This document shows positions 19,315 through 28,329 of a stretch of DNA of 48,427 nt, piece after piece. The notes beneath the pieces were generated by a model. The model was not told the DNA's origin, made no database searches, and saw nothing but the letters and a program-made list of their open reading frames with translations. A program made the translations under genes and the position numbers. This DNA is from Euryarchaeota archaeon UBA89. Lineage in GTDB: Archaea; Thermoplasmatota; Poseidoniia; Poseidoniales; Thalassarchaeaceae. The stretch is taken from positions 13,375 to 61,801 of the forward strand of contig DAFS01000015.1 of assembly GCA_002495525.1 (NCBI GenBank), read 5' to 3'. Position 1 is the first letter of the stretch. Each line of letters begins with the position of its first letter.

Positions 19315-19899
19315 TTACTCACCTGTAATATCCGAACGTACTAATAATGGGAGCAGCAAAACACCTGCTTGTTCGAACGCCTCTGCTCCACCTTCTTGCC
19401 TATCTAGGATTGTAATACAGGCGATCACCTCGCAGCCTATTTCTTCCATTCTTTCAGATGCTTTCAAAGCGGAACCACCAGTTGTTGTTACATCCTCTAA
19501 TAGAATTATTCTATCTCCTTTATTGAGACTAGAACCTTCAATTCCAGGCGGGTTGCCAGTTTTTCGACCCCCTCTACCTTTAGCTTCTTTTCGAACCATG
19601 AATCCTTTAATCTTAGATTCTTTTGGGGCTTTTGCTATGACAATACCCGTCAAAGGAACGGCCCCTAACTCAAGTCCTCCAACTGCATCGATTTCTTGTA
19701 AAGAATCTATCTTTGAATGAATTAATACACCTAAAAGATGTGCACTTTCGGGATCCATCATGACTGGCTTCATATCGAAAAAGTGAGGGCTCTGCCGCCC
19801 GCTGGCAAGAGTGAATAATTCATCAGGAGAATTAAGATAAGCTAACTCTCTAACCTTCTCTATTAAGCGGACTTTAGCATCCAAAACACTTGTCGACAT
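19315..19899 (-). CDS. pyrE: Orotate phosphoribosyltransferase
   Basis: FTLASGRQSPHFFD, VRKEAK, LLEDVTTTGGS; ATG 19899. Confidence 0.93.
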   Translation of the reverse strand: MSTSVLDAKVRLIEKVRELAYLNSPDELFTLASGRQSPHFFDMKPVMMDPESAHLLGVLIHSKIDSLQEIDAVGGLELGAVPLTGIVIAKAPKESKIKGFMVRKEAKGRGGRKTGNPPGIEGSSLNKGDRIILLEDVTTTGGSALKASERMEEIGCEVIACITILDRQEGGAEAFEQAGVLLLPLLVRSDITGE

Positions 19900-20035
19900 G
19901 TTATTATCTTTTTTTACGGCGTGAGTTAATCGAATGAATGTTGCCTCAATAAATTGCAATATTTGACAATGTTCACACTGAATGTTATTGGACGGTGGGC
20001 ATTCTTGAAGAGTTATTAGTTGGTAGGGGACGGAC

Positions 20036-23000
20036 ATGATTGGTGTAAATTCGAATACTTTTACGATAGATTCGGAGCGTCTTGAAAAGGAACAAGAAAA
20101 TTATGAATCATGGCTAGAAGAAAGAACTGAGAGCGTCTATCAAATCGCTAAAATTGCAAAATCTAAAAATCTAGATTTTGAAAATACTATTGAAATTCCT
20201 AGGGCTTCGGACTTGGCTAGTAGAACCGAAAAACTACTGGAAGATTATTTGGATGGAATGAAAATAGAGGAAGAGTTACGACATCTACTCAACACAACCG
20301 ATAGAGAGAGCGCATCTATACAAATTGCAGTAGATGTTGCAAGAAGAATGAACGAAGAAACATTGGATATGCAAAAATCAATTGATTGTGGCCTAAGAGT
20401 AGGCTTAGCAGTATTGACGGAAGCTGTTCTAGTTGCACCTCTAGATGGAATAGGAGATGTGCGGATCCTAAATAATTCAGATGGTTCAGAATTTCTTTCA
20501 ATTGATTTTTGTGGACCGATTAGAGCTGCTGGAGGTACTGCTCAAGCATTAGGCGTGCTAATAGGAGATATGGTTAGAAGAGAACTAGGATTAAACAGAT
20601 ATATTCCAACGACTCAAGAAGTAGAGCGGGTTAAAGAAGAATTTGGACTTTATCGTGTTGGGTTACAGTATAAACCGCCTCCAGAAGAAATTGAGACTAT
20701 TATTCGAGCATGTCCTGTAATGGTTAATGGCGAGGAAACAGAGAAAATAGAATGTTCCGGATACAAAGAAGTCAGAAATATTGTAAATTCGAATGGGTCT
20801 TATCGAACCAGAATTAGAGGAGGCGTAATGCTTGTAATTGGAGAAGGTTTGTGCCTTAAAGCACCGAAGGTGCAAAAACATACAGAAAGAATGAATATCC
20901 AAGGTTGGGAATTTATTGCACAATTCGCTAATAAAAATAAAAAAGATGGAGAAAATAAAGGTGCATTTAAGGCAAGAGAGATTGCACCTATTAGCCGTTA
21001 TATGGATGATGTAATTGCCGGTAGGCCTGTCTTTGGGGAACCCAATTATCCTGGAGGATTTAGACTAAGGTATGGTCGAAGTAGAATTACTGGTCTGGCG
21101 GCAGCAGGAGTAAATCCTGTTACAATGGAAGCAATGGGAGGGTTTCTAGCAGTAGGTACTCAGATGAAAATGGAAAGGCCTGGGAAAGCCTGTGCTGTAA
21201 CGCCGTGTACTGAAATTGATGGCCCTACTGTATTAATGAATGATGGTGAGTTCAGAAAAATTCGAAATTTAGATGATTGGAGATTAAATGTTGCTAATGT
21301 AAAATCTATCTGGGATTCTGGAGAAATTCTGATAGGTTATGGTGAGTTTTTAGAAAATAATAAGAAATTAGTTCCATCTTCATACAATAAAGACTGGTGG
21401 GCGTCTGAATTATCTGAATCACTAGATATGCCAAAAAAAGTAGAAAAGTTTGCACAAATTATTGATCAGGATGTGCAATCCTTACCCGAAGGATTACCTT
21501 TTAATGGAGCAATAAAGAGAGGGGGAGAGGATCCTAATGATAGGAAATGGAGGAAAAGAAATTGGATTATATTTCTCAGAGAATTAGAATTAGATTGGCA
21601 ACAAATAAAACATGTATCTAATGAATTTGGAACTGCGATTCCTCCTCCATGGAATCTTTGGTGGTCAGATTTACCAATGACATATATGGCTCAATTAATA
21701 CGATTTGTTGGAAAATCTAGAATTGAAGATGGGAAAATAATAATTCCAAATGTTGTCAATAATTGGCCTTTGGACACTATAGAGGAAAAACCTGAACAAC
21801 TATCTACAACTCAAACAAGATGGACAATGATAGAAGATAATGGAGTTGTTAAATCTTCATTGATGACCTTAGGTGTAGAACACTTTCACAATGGAGGAGA
21901 TATAGTAGTCGAAAGACACTGGGAAGCGCTTCTTGAGGGTTTAGGGTTCGAAAATTATGGAAATAATATAAGAAAATCAGTCGAAACTGAATCATATATT
22001 ATCGACAGAGTAGCAAAAATAAATGGGGCTTCAAATATCATTTCTAGAGAAAATGAAAGAGTTAGTAATTTAGAGAAAGAAAGAGATTTAGCCAGAATAG
22101 AGGCAACTACTGCAGCCAGACAATCAGGGTTGAATATTGAACAAACTGAGGACGCTGGCGATCAGGCAGCGGCGAAAATTATTGATCAGGGTCCTTATGA
22201 TGAAAGTGCTTTAGTTAATGCAAAAATACTTCTCGACGAAAATGAGGTTGAAAGAAGTTTATGGATAGTTAAGAAAATATCTAATCTTAGATGGGAAGAT
22301 TCGGTGCCTTGTAGGATAGGAGCTAGGATGGGCCGCCCGGAAAAATCTGCTAGAAGAGAATTGAAACCATTAACTCACTCACTTTACCCTATAGGTGAAA
22401 ATGGAGGGAGTCAAAAACTACTAATTCAGGCCGCTAAAAAAGGAAGAATAAGAGTTGAAATGTCGAGACGTGTTTGTCAAGATTGTGGTAAAGAATCTCC
22501 TAATCTCATTTGTCATCATAGGAAATCTGAATCAGAGGCCATAGAGTGTGGAGGGAAAACTGTTGAAAGAAAAACAAGGGGTTCCAGATCAAGAAGAAGA
22601 AGAGGTGAAAGGACTACAGTAGACTTGGATAAATTATTAGAAGTGAAAAGAAGGTCTCTTGGACTGGATAGATTACCTACATTAATCAAAGCTCAAAAAG
22701 AACTACTATCTGAAGCACAAACTCCTGAACCAATAGAAAAGGGGATATTGAGGGCGAAAAACGGTGTCTCTGTCTTTAGAGATGGTACCTCTAGATACGA
22801 TATGATTGATGTCCCAGTGACTCATTTTAAACCTAAAGAAATTTATACCTCTTGGGAAAGATTATATCAATTAGGATATAAAAAAGATGTTTTTGGACAG
22901 GAACTAACTAGTAATGAGCAGATTTTAGAGTTATTTCCACAAGATATTATCCCTTCACTTAATGCTGAAGAGCATTTAATTTCTACATGTAATTTCGTAG

Positions 23001-24001
23001 ATGATTTATTAGTTCGGTTTTACAAGATGGAGCCATTCTACAATGTACAAACTATTGAGGATATTGTTGGTTCGTTGGCAATCGGCTTAGCACCTCATAC
23101 ATCAGGAGGTGTTTTGTGTAGAATAATTGGTTGGACGGCGGCTTCTGCTGGTTATGCACATCCACTTTTTCATGCGGCAAAAAGAAGAAACTGTGATGGA
23201 GACGAAGACAGCATCTTGATGTTGATGGATGGTTTACTAAATTTCTCAAAACATATTCTACCTTCCGGAAGAGGGGGGAGAATGGACGCACCTCTTGTCT
23301 TGACCACCAGATTAAATCCTAGTGAAATCGATAAGGAAGCACTGAATGTTGATTGTTCACATTATTACACTAGATCGTTCTATGAGAAAACACAGAGTCA
23401 GCCACATCCAAGTGAATTAAGTGGCGAAGTTGAAACTGTAGAAACACGCTTAGGAACCATAGGGGATTTACGAGGTTATGGTTGGACTCATGAATCTGGA
23501 GAACTAGATGCTGGCCCCAAAAATTCATCATACAAAACACTGAAGTCAATGGAAGATAAAATGAATGGTCAATTATCAATTGGAGCTTTACTAAGGAGCG
23601 TTAGAGTAGAAAAAGTTGCATCGCAAGTGATAGAATCCCACTTTTTACCAGATTTGAGAGGGAATCTTGTGGCCTTTACAAGGCAAAAAGTTAGGTGTGT
23701 AAAATGTGGTGAAAAATATCGAAGAATGCCTCTTGCTGGGAAATGTATTCAATCTCATAAATTAGAAATCGGCGGATTATCTGCAAGAAGAGGTGAAGAT
23801 TCGACAATGTGTGGAGGAAACGTCATACTGACTGTAACAGAGGGTGCTGTGAGAAAATACATCAAAGTAACAGAAGGAATTATTGAAAATTATGGAGTAG
23901 GCATGTATACAGAACAAAGAGTAAAATGGTTGACTGAAAGTGCTGATTCTTTGTTTAATAATGACAGAGTTACAGTCATGACTTTAACTGATTTCTTATG
24001 A
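20036..24001 (+). CDS. polC: DNA polymerase D large subunit DP2
   Basis: GPIRAAGGTAQAL, GGFRLRYGRSR, GTQMKMERPGK, FHAAKRRNCDGDED, HFLPDLRGNL; C-terminal PIP-like TLTDFL. Confidence 0.97.
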   Translation: MIGVNSNTFTIDSERLEKEQENYESWLEERTESVYQIAKIAKSKNLDFENTIEIPRASDLASRTEKLLEDYLDGMKIEEELRHLLNTTDRESASIQIAVDVARRMNEETLDMQKSIDCGLRVGLAVLTEAVLVAPLDGIGDVRILNNSDGSEFLSIDFCGPIRAAGGTAQALGVLIGDMVRRELGLNRYIPTTQEVERVKEEFGLYRVGLQYKPPPEEIETIIRACPVMVNGEETEKIECSGYKEVRNIVNSNGSYRTRIRGGVMLVIGEGLCLKAPKVQKHTERMNIQGWEFIAQFANKNKKDGENKGAFKAREIAPISRYMDDVIAGRPVFGEPNYPGGFRLRYGRSRITGLAAAGVNPVTMEAMGGFLAVGTQMKMERPGKACAVTPCTEIDGPTVLMNDGEFRKIRNLDDWRLNVANVKSIWDSGEILIGYGEFLENNKKLVPSSYNKDWWASELSESLDMPKKVEKFAQIIDQDVQSLPEGLPFNGAIKRGGEDPNDRKWRKRNWIIFLRELELDWQQIKHVSNEFGTAIPPPWNLWWSDLPMTYMAQLIRFVGKSRIEDGKIIIPNVVNNWPLDTIEEKPEQLSTTQTRWTMIEDNGVVKSSLMTLGVEHFHNGGDIVVERHWEALLEGLGFENYGNNIRKSVETESYIIDRVAKINGASNIISRENERVSNLEKERDLARIEATTAARQSGLNIEQTEDAGDQAAAKIIDQGPYDESALVNAKILLDENEVERSLWIVKKISNLRWEDSVPCRIGARMGRPEKSARRELKPLTHSLYPIGENGGSQKLLIQAAKKGRIRVEMSRRVCQDCGKESPNLICHHRKSESEAIECGGKTVERKTRGSRSRRRRGERTTVDLDKLLEVKRRSLGLDRLPTLIKAQKELLSEAQTPEPIEKGILRAKNGVSVFRDGTSRYDMIDVPVTHFKPKEIYTSWERLYQLGYKKDVFGQELTSNEQILELFPQDIIPSLNAEEHLISTCNFVDDLLVRFYKMEPFYNVQTIEDIVGSLAIGLAPHTSGGVLCRIIGWTAASAGYAHPLFHAAKRRNCDGDEDSILMLMDGLLNFSKHILPSGRGGRMDAPLVLTTRLNPSEIDKEALNVDCSHYYTRSFYEKTQSQPHPSELSGEVETVETRLGTIGDLRGYGWTHESGELDAGPKNSSYKTLKSMEDKMNGQLSIGALLRSVRVEKVASQVIESHFLPDLRGNLVAFTRQKVRCVKCGEKYRRMPLAGKCIQSHKLEIGGLSARRGEDSTMCGGNVILTVTEGAVRKYIKVTEGIIENYGVGMYTEQRVKWLTESADSLFNNDRVTVMTLTDFL

Positions 24002-24760
24002 TTAATATTTAATTCCGATAGTAGTTAAAATTTTAGCCATCCACTGAAGTTTGACTATTTTCTCTTTAGGGTTGGTTGCACCTGACCATTTGCCTACTAT
24101 ATCAGTACGGGTCCCTAACAATAGAATTCTATCAATGGGGACACCCAGGGATATCAAAAAACAAATTGCTCTATCTCCATCTGTAAAACCTCCTGGATTA
24201 TACATTCCACTTATCGTATCCGGAGTTTGATGTGTGAGTACAATCCTTGGAGGATTTTGCATATCCAATGCTATTTCTAACAAATTTCTCCATGAAGATA
24301 TATTGTCGCCATGTGCATGTAAAATAACCGGAATACTCCTTTTTACTGCTTCAATTGTACCTGCTCCACCATCCGCATCGCTAACTATGCAAACTAATCT
24401 TGACCATGCTCTTTCTGATATCGATTCAGGGAGTGATGAAAGTACACCCACAGCACCATCTGCGGCAACGAATAAAGTTGGGCTTTCTAACATAGAAATA
24501 ATCTCTGATTCTTCTATCGCAGCACCTAAAACGGCAATTCTTGTTTCTCTTAATACTAATCTACGTCGTAGATTTGCTATCGTCACAGATCTTTGTGATC
24601 TAGTCCAACTATCGATTGAAGTATTTTCAACGACTGATAAGAGTTGGTGCGCGCTTTCAATGTCTAATTTAATGTCCCAACCAAAAAAAGTACGTACCTC
24701 ATCCTGAATTTTGATTAACTTATTATCAATAGGAAGAAGATCGATTTCTACAGGCATCAA
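24002..24760 (-). CDS. mptE: 6-hydroxymethyl-7,8-dihydropterin pyrophosphokinase MptE-like
   Basis: AADGA, VSDADG, HAHGDN, GGFTDGDRA, KLQW. Confidence 0.85.
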   Translation of the reverse strand: MMPVEIDLLPIDNKLIKIQDEVRTFFGWDIKLDIESAHQLLSVVENTSIDSWTRSQRSVTIANLRRRLVLRETRIAVLGAAIEESEIISMLESPTLFVAADGAVGVLSSLPESISERAWSRLVCIVSDADGGAGTIEAVKRSIPVILHAHGDNISSWRNLLEIALDMQNPPRIVLTHQTPDTISGMYNPGGFTDGDRAICFLISLGVPIDRILLLGTRTDIVGKWSGATNPKEKIVKLQWMAKILTTIGIKY

Positions 24761-24823
24761 TGCTCAACTCCAGTGGAAGGGGTCGGTGAGTATTGAAGAA
24801 CCCTCGTCGCTCATGGACTTAAT

Positions 24824-25999
24824 GTGCCGATGCCGCTAACCAAACCAAGCATCGAAAATGATGCTTTAATGGCAAGATATCCATTCTTACCTCAAGGTAG
24901 TGATTTCTTGAAAATTGTTCTTCTAAATAATGGAATTACAGTTGATGATTTAATTGAAGAACCATGGCTAGAAGAGGTACGTGCAAGAGGTAGATTGAGA
25001 CTTCTTGAATCTGTCATGCATAAAGAAGGAGTTGATGCTGCAACGACAATCGATTTATCTTCAGATTTAGGAAAAATGACTGAATCTCTCTCATTTCTGT
25101 ATGCGATGCTGGTAGTTTGCGCCTCATTTAATGAACGACTTTTAGCGAGATGGGTAGAAGGTGAAGCTAGTAGAGCAGACCACCTATTTGGTATGGATGA
25201 AGAGAACTTTGTATTGTTAGCAAAATCATATCTTTCCGACATAAAAGAAATACCTGATAAATTCGGAAGAAAAGTCACTTATTGGATACCGATGAGCGAT
25301 TTTATAGAACTTTGTCCGCGTATTTCTGGTAATTATTGGAGATTAATCAATCGTCCTGTTGAAAACGGTTGGGTTTGTATGAATTCAGGAGCTGGAGAAA
25401 CAAGCCAACAAAGAACTGCCAGATTAATTAAAGAAAGAATCCGTGAAAATTTAACTGATAGTTGTTTGGAAAGAATGAATAAAATGGATGATTCATTCGC
25501 CGAATTATTCACAGATCCTGTTGAAAGAGTAAGTAAATTATTATCTGAACAAGTAAACGATGAAATGCCTATGACAGCAGCAATAAGAGAGGATTGGCCT
25601 CCTTGTTTTGAATCTGCAGTAGCGGAATTAAGTCAAGGAGTCAACGTAAATCATACTGGTCGACTTTTCCTAGCCTCTATGTCGCTAGTAATGGGGTTGT
25701 CACAAGAACAAACTTGTGGATTCTTCGTAAATGCACCTGATTATAGTGCCGATACAACAGGTTACCAAATAAATCAGATTTTTGAACGGAAATATACACC
25801 TCATGGCTGTGCAGCCTTGAAAACTAGTGCAAGATGTCCTGTTTCTCCCGGAGACGATAGGCTTTGCGACCAAGAATGGTTAACGCACCCGTTAAAGTAT
25901 CTCAAAGCTAAACAAAGGCGTAGATTTCAAGAGAGCGGAGGGGTCGCAACTGTAGTGGAAAATGGTGAAAAATCTCCCAAGGAAGACAATTCTTCATAG
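24824..25999 (+). CDS. priL: DNA primase large subunit
   Basis: RYPFLP, WRLINR..ENGWV, WPPC, NHTGR, HPLKY; Cys ligands for Fe-S. Confidence 0.9.
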   Translation: MPMPLTKPSIENDALMARYPFLPQGSDFLKIVLLNNGITVDDLIEEPWLEEVRARGRLRLLESVMHKEGVDAATTIDLSSDLGKMTESLSFLYAMLVVCASFNERLLARWVEGEASRADHLFGMDEENFVLLAKSYLSDIKEIPDKFGRKVTYWIPMSDFIELCPRISGNYWRLINRPVENGWVCMNSGAGETSQQRTARLIKERIRENLTDSCLERMNKMDDSFAELFTDPVERVSKLLSEQVNDEMPMTAAIREDWPPCFESAVAELSQGVNVNHTGRLFLASMSLVMGLSQEQTCGFFVNAPDYSADTTGYQINQIFERKYTPHGCAALKTSARCPVSPGDDRLCDQEWLTHPLKYLKAKQRRRFQESGGVATVVENGEKSPKEDNSS

Positions 26000-26038
26000 G
26001 TGGCTTTAGTTAAGACTCAATCAAAGGAGGTAAGTCGG

Positions 26039-27163
26039 ATGGTCAGGACATTAGTTCTAACAGTTGATAGAGATAACGACCTCGGCGTTAAAGCCGCCAT
26101 AAGGGGACCCGTAATTGGGCGAAAACCAACAATTACTGCGGCTATTAAACTTGGAATTGCTGACCCTGAAGAATCAGATACTAATGCAATCTTGGGCGCA
26201 TTACATCATTATGATAGATTAATCGAAAATATAGACCCTAATGATGAGGCAGAGGTTGCAATACTTACCGGCGACGTACGTGTAGGTCCAAGAAGCGATA
26301 GAGCAATTGCTAGTCAATTAGATGAAGTGATTAAAGAATTTCAGCCAGATGTTGCAATTTTAGTAACAGACGGAGCAGATGATGAAGCATCAATGCCTAT
26401 AATCACCTCAAGAATCCGTGTCGATCATTTAGAAAAAATTATTGTTAGACAATCTAAAGGTATTGAATCGACATATTATTACATTGCAAAGGCTATCGAT
26501 GATCCTCGTTGGAGAGCAAAACTATTAGTTCCGATTTCTATATTCTTAATGATAATTGGTCTCGGTTTGATTATTCCAAATGGAAGAATTTTAATCGGAG
26601 TAATGCCCTTATTAGTTGGAGTATGGATTCTTTCCAAGGGACTAGGTTGGGAAGAACAATTAGATAGACTGATGGTAGATTTACGAGATAGTGCACAAAA
26701 AGGAATCTTTTCTTCGATGCTTTGGGCGATGTCTATTTTCTCTGTGTTCTTAGCTGGAATAACTATGTTCCAAGTTTTCTCTGATACAGAACAGTTTGGC
26801 GGATCTTCGGATGCTCTAATTTGGTCCAATGCAATACAAGATTCTTTGACTTGGTTAGTGGTATCTGTGTTCTCATTTGCACTTGCTATTGGAATAGTTA
26901 GATGGGGTGAAGGAACTTACACTGGAAGGTCTATCATTCTGTTTGGAAGAGGAGCAATAGTTTACACGATTGCAGAAGCATCTCTGACAGTGCTGATTAA
27001 GATTCTAGAAGGACAATCGTATATTGTAAGTTTTGATACTGTATCAAATGATTGGGATTTGCCATTATTTACATTAATTCTATATTATTTGTTGAAAACT
27101 GCTGTTGAATCAATCACACAAGAAGAAGAACAGGTCTCAAATAATAAATTCTGGGGAGTATAA
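26039..27163 (+). CDS. DUF373 family membrane protein
   Basis: LVLTVDRDNDLG, DPEESDTN, VTDGADDE, VRQS..IESTYY; SD GGAGGT. Confidence 0.88.
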   Translation: MVRTLVLTVDRDNDLGVKAAIRGPVIGRKPTITAAIKLGIADPEESDTNAILGALHHYDRLIENIDPNDEAEVAILTGDVRVGPRSDRAIASQLDEVIKEFQPDVAILVTDGADDEASMPIITSRIRVDHLEKIIVRQSKGIESTYYYIAKAIDDPRWRAKLLVPISIFLMIIGLGLIIPNGRILIGVMPLLVGVWILSKGLGWEEQLDRLMVDLRDSAQKGIFSSMLWAMSIFSVFLAGITMFQVFSDTEQFGGSSDALIWSNAIQDSLTWLVVSVFSFALAIGIVRWGEGTYTGRSIILFGRGAIVYTIAEASLTVLIKILEGQSYIVSFDTVSNDWDLPLFTLILYYLLKTAVESITQEEEQVSNNKFWGV

Positions 27164-27598
27164 TTATTTCTCAAACACAGATTCAATTCGACAAGAGGGG
27201 CACATCACCTTAATTGGCCTTATTGGAGGGATTCCGATTCCAACATTACAATGTGGACATAAAATCGCTTGATTGACATTAGATTGACGTTCTTTGGCAT
27301 CTTTACTTGGGTCATAAGTAAACCTATATCTATGTGCATCACTAATAAATTCAGGAGCACCTTCAGAAGACTCATGTGAAGAAATAAAATTAGATTTCTT
27401 TTCAGGCATATCTATTTCTAATTTAGAACCTGGTGAATTCATACCTTGTTCAAAATCTCTAATTTCATTTTCAATCTCTGTAACTGAAAGTCCTAATTCT
27501 CTAGAAAGACGATCTATGGTTAATTTTCTTTCATAATCATCCATACCAATAAATTGCTGTAATTTCGTAGCAGGGATCCTCATATTAACACCTTTCAA
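27164..27598 (-). CDS. Hypothetical protein with C-terminal zinc ribbon
   Basis: CPHC...CPSC at C-terminus. Confidence 0.65.
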   Translation of the reverse strand: MKGVNMRIPATKLQQFIGMDDYERKLTIDRLSRELGLSVTEIENEIRDFEQGMNSPGSKLEIDMPEKKSNFISSHESSEGAPEFISDAHRYRFTYDPSKDAKERQSNVNQAILCPHCNVGIGIPPIRPIKVMCPSCRIESVFEK

Positions 27599-27637
27599 AA
27601 TAATATTTAACTAACTGGCGAGAACATGGGCTATTGA

Positions 27638-28297
27638 TTATTTTGATTTCTTAAGGAACTGCTTAACAATCTCTCCTTCGGCCTTTACTAACTGTTCCGC
27701 TACCGTTGATTTGGAGAGGCCTAATCTGACAGCTAAATCTCTAATGGAGGTTTTTTTAGGAACTTCATACCATCCACTATTATGGGCTAATTTTACTATT
27801 TTGTGCTGTTGTAATGTTGTTGCGATGTTGGAAATGCCCTCCGAGTTCCTAGCTCTAACAATTCTTTCCACAGGCATCTGATTCTGAATTGAGTTTAGAA
27901 GGTTGGCCATAGCAGATTGCCGCCCTGATAATTGAAGAACTAAGCCTGATGATGTTAAGTTAGTACCTGATAGAATACATAAATCATTATTCAAGAAAAA
28001 ATTGCTAATCAACTTAGATTCAAACTCTAAAATTAACAAATGATGCGTCAAAAAATCAGAGGCCCACTCTTCTAGAATTTCTATCACTGAAATCCCATCT
28101 ATACTATAACCAGGTTGTGGGCATTGGGAATCTGTAGTAATACATTCAACCATAATTCTCAAATTTCCATCAATTATTCCAAGGCTTCCACGATAATCCC
28201 AACTAACTGATTCGAGGGCTTTTTTGATACGATTATCATGGAGGATTGAGGAGGGTGAACATTCAATCCTGACCGCTCGCATAGTGGTTTGCCTCAT
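27638..28297 (-). CDS. HTH_10 (bacterio-opsin activator-type) transcription regulator
   Basis: LAHNSGWYEVPKKTSIRDLAVRLGLSKSTVAEQLVKAE. Confidence 0.85.
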   Translation of the reverse strand: MRQTTMRAVRIECSPSSILHDNRIKKALESVSWDYRGSLGIIDGNLRIMVECITTDSQCPQPGYSIDGISVIEILEEWASDFLTHHLLILEFESKLISNFFLNNDLCILSGTNLTSSGLVLQLSGRQSAMANLLNSIQNQMPVERIVRARNSEGISNIATTLQQHKIVKLAHNSGWYEVPKKTSIRDLAVRLGLSKSTVAEQLVKAEGEIVKQFLKKSK

Positions 28298-28329
28298 GCT
28301 TGAGTAGCCCCCAGAGGTTAAGAAAATGG

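Noticed and set aside
19900-20037. Long N-terminal extension of pyrE in the ORF track (similarly PPIase 17659-17730 and helicase 571-630)
   Set aside because: These span promoter regions; downstream ATGs match the family start
23150-23215. Possible intein in DP2
   Set aside because: The usual insertion site KRRN-CDGDED is contiguous
24768-24782. CTCCAGTGGAAGGGG resembles an archaeal ORB near polC/priL
   Set aside because: Single copy in a 63-bp gap with no AT-rich unwinding element and no cdc6; it overlaps the probable SD of mptE
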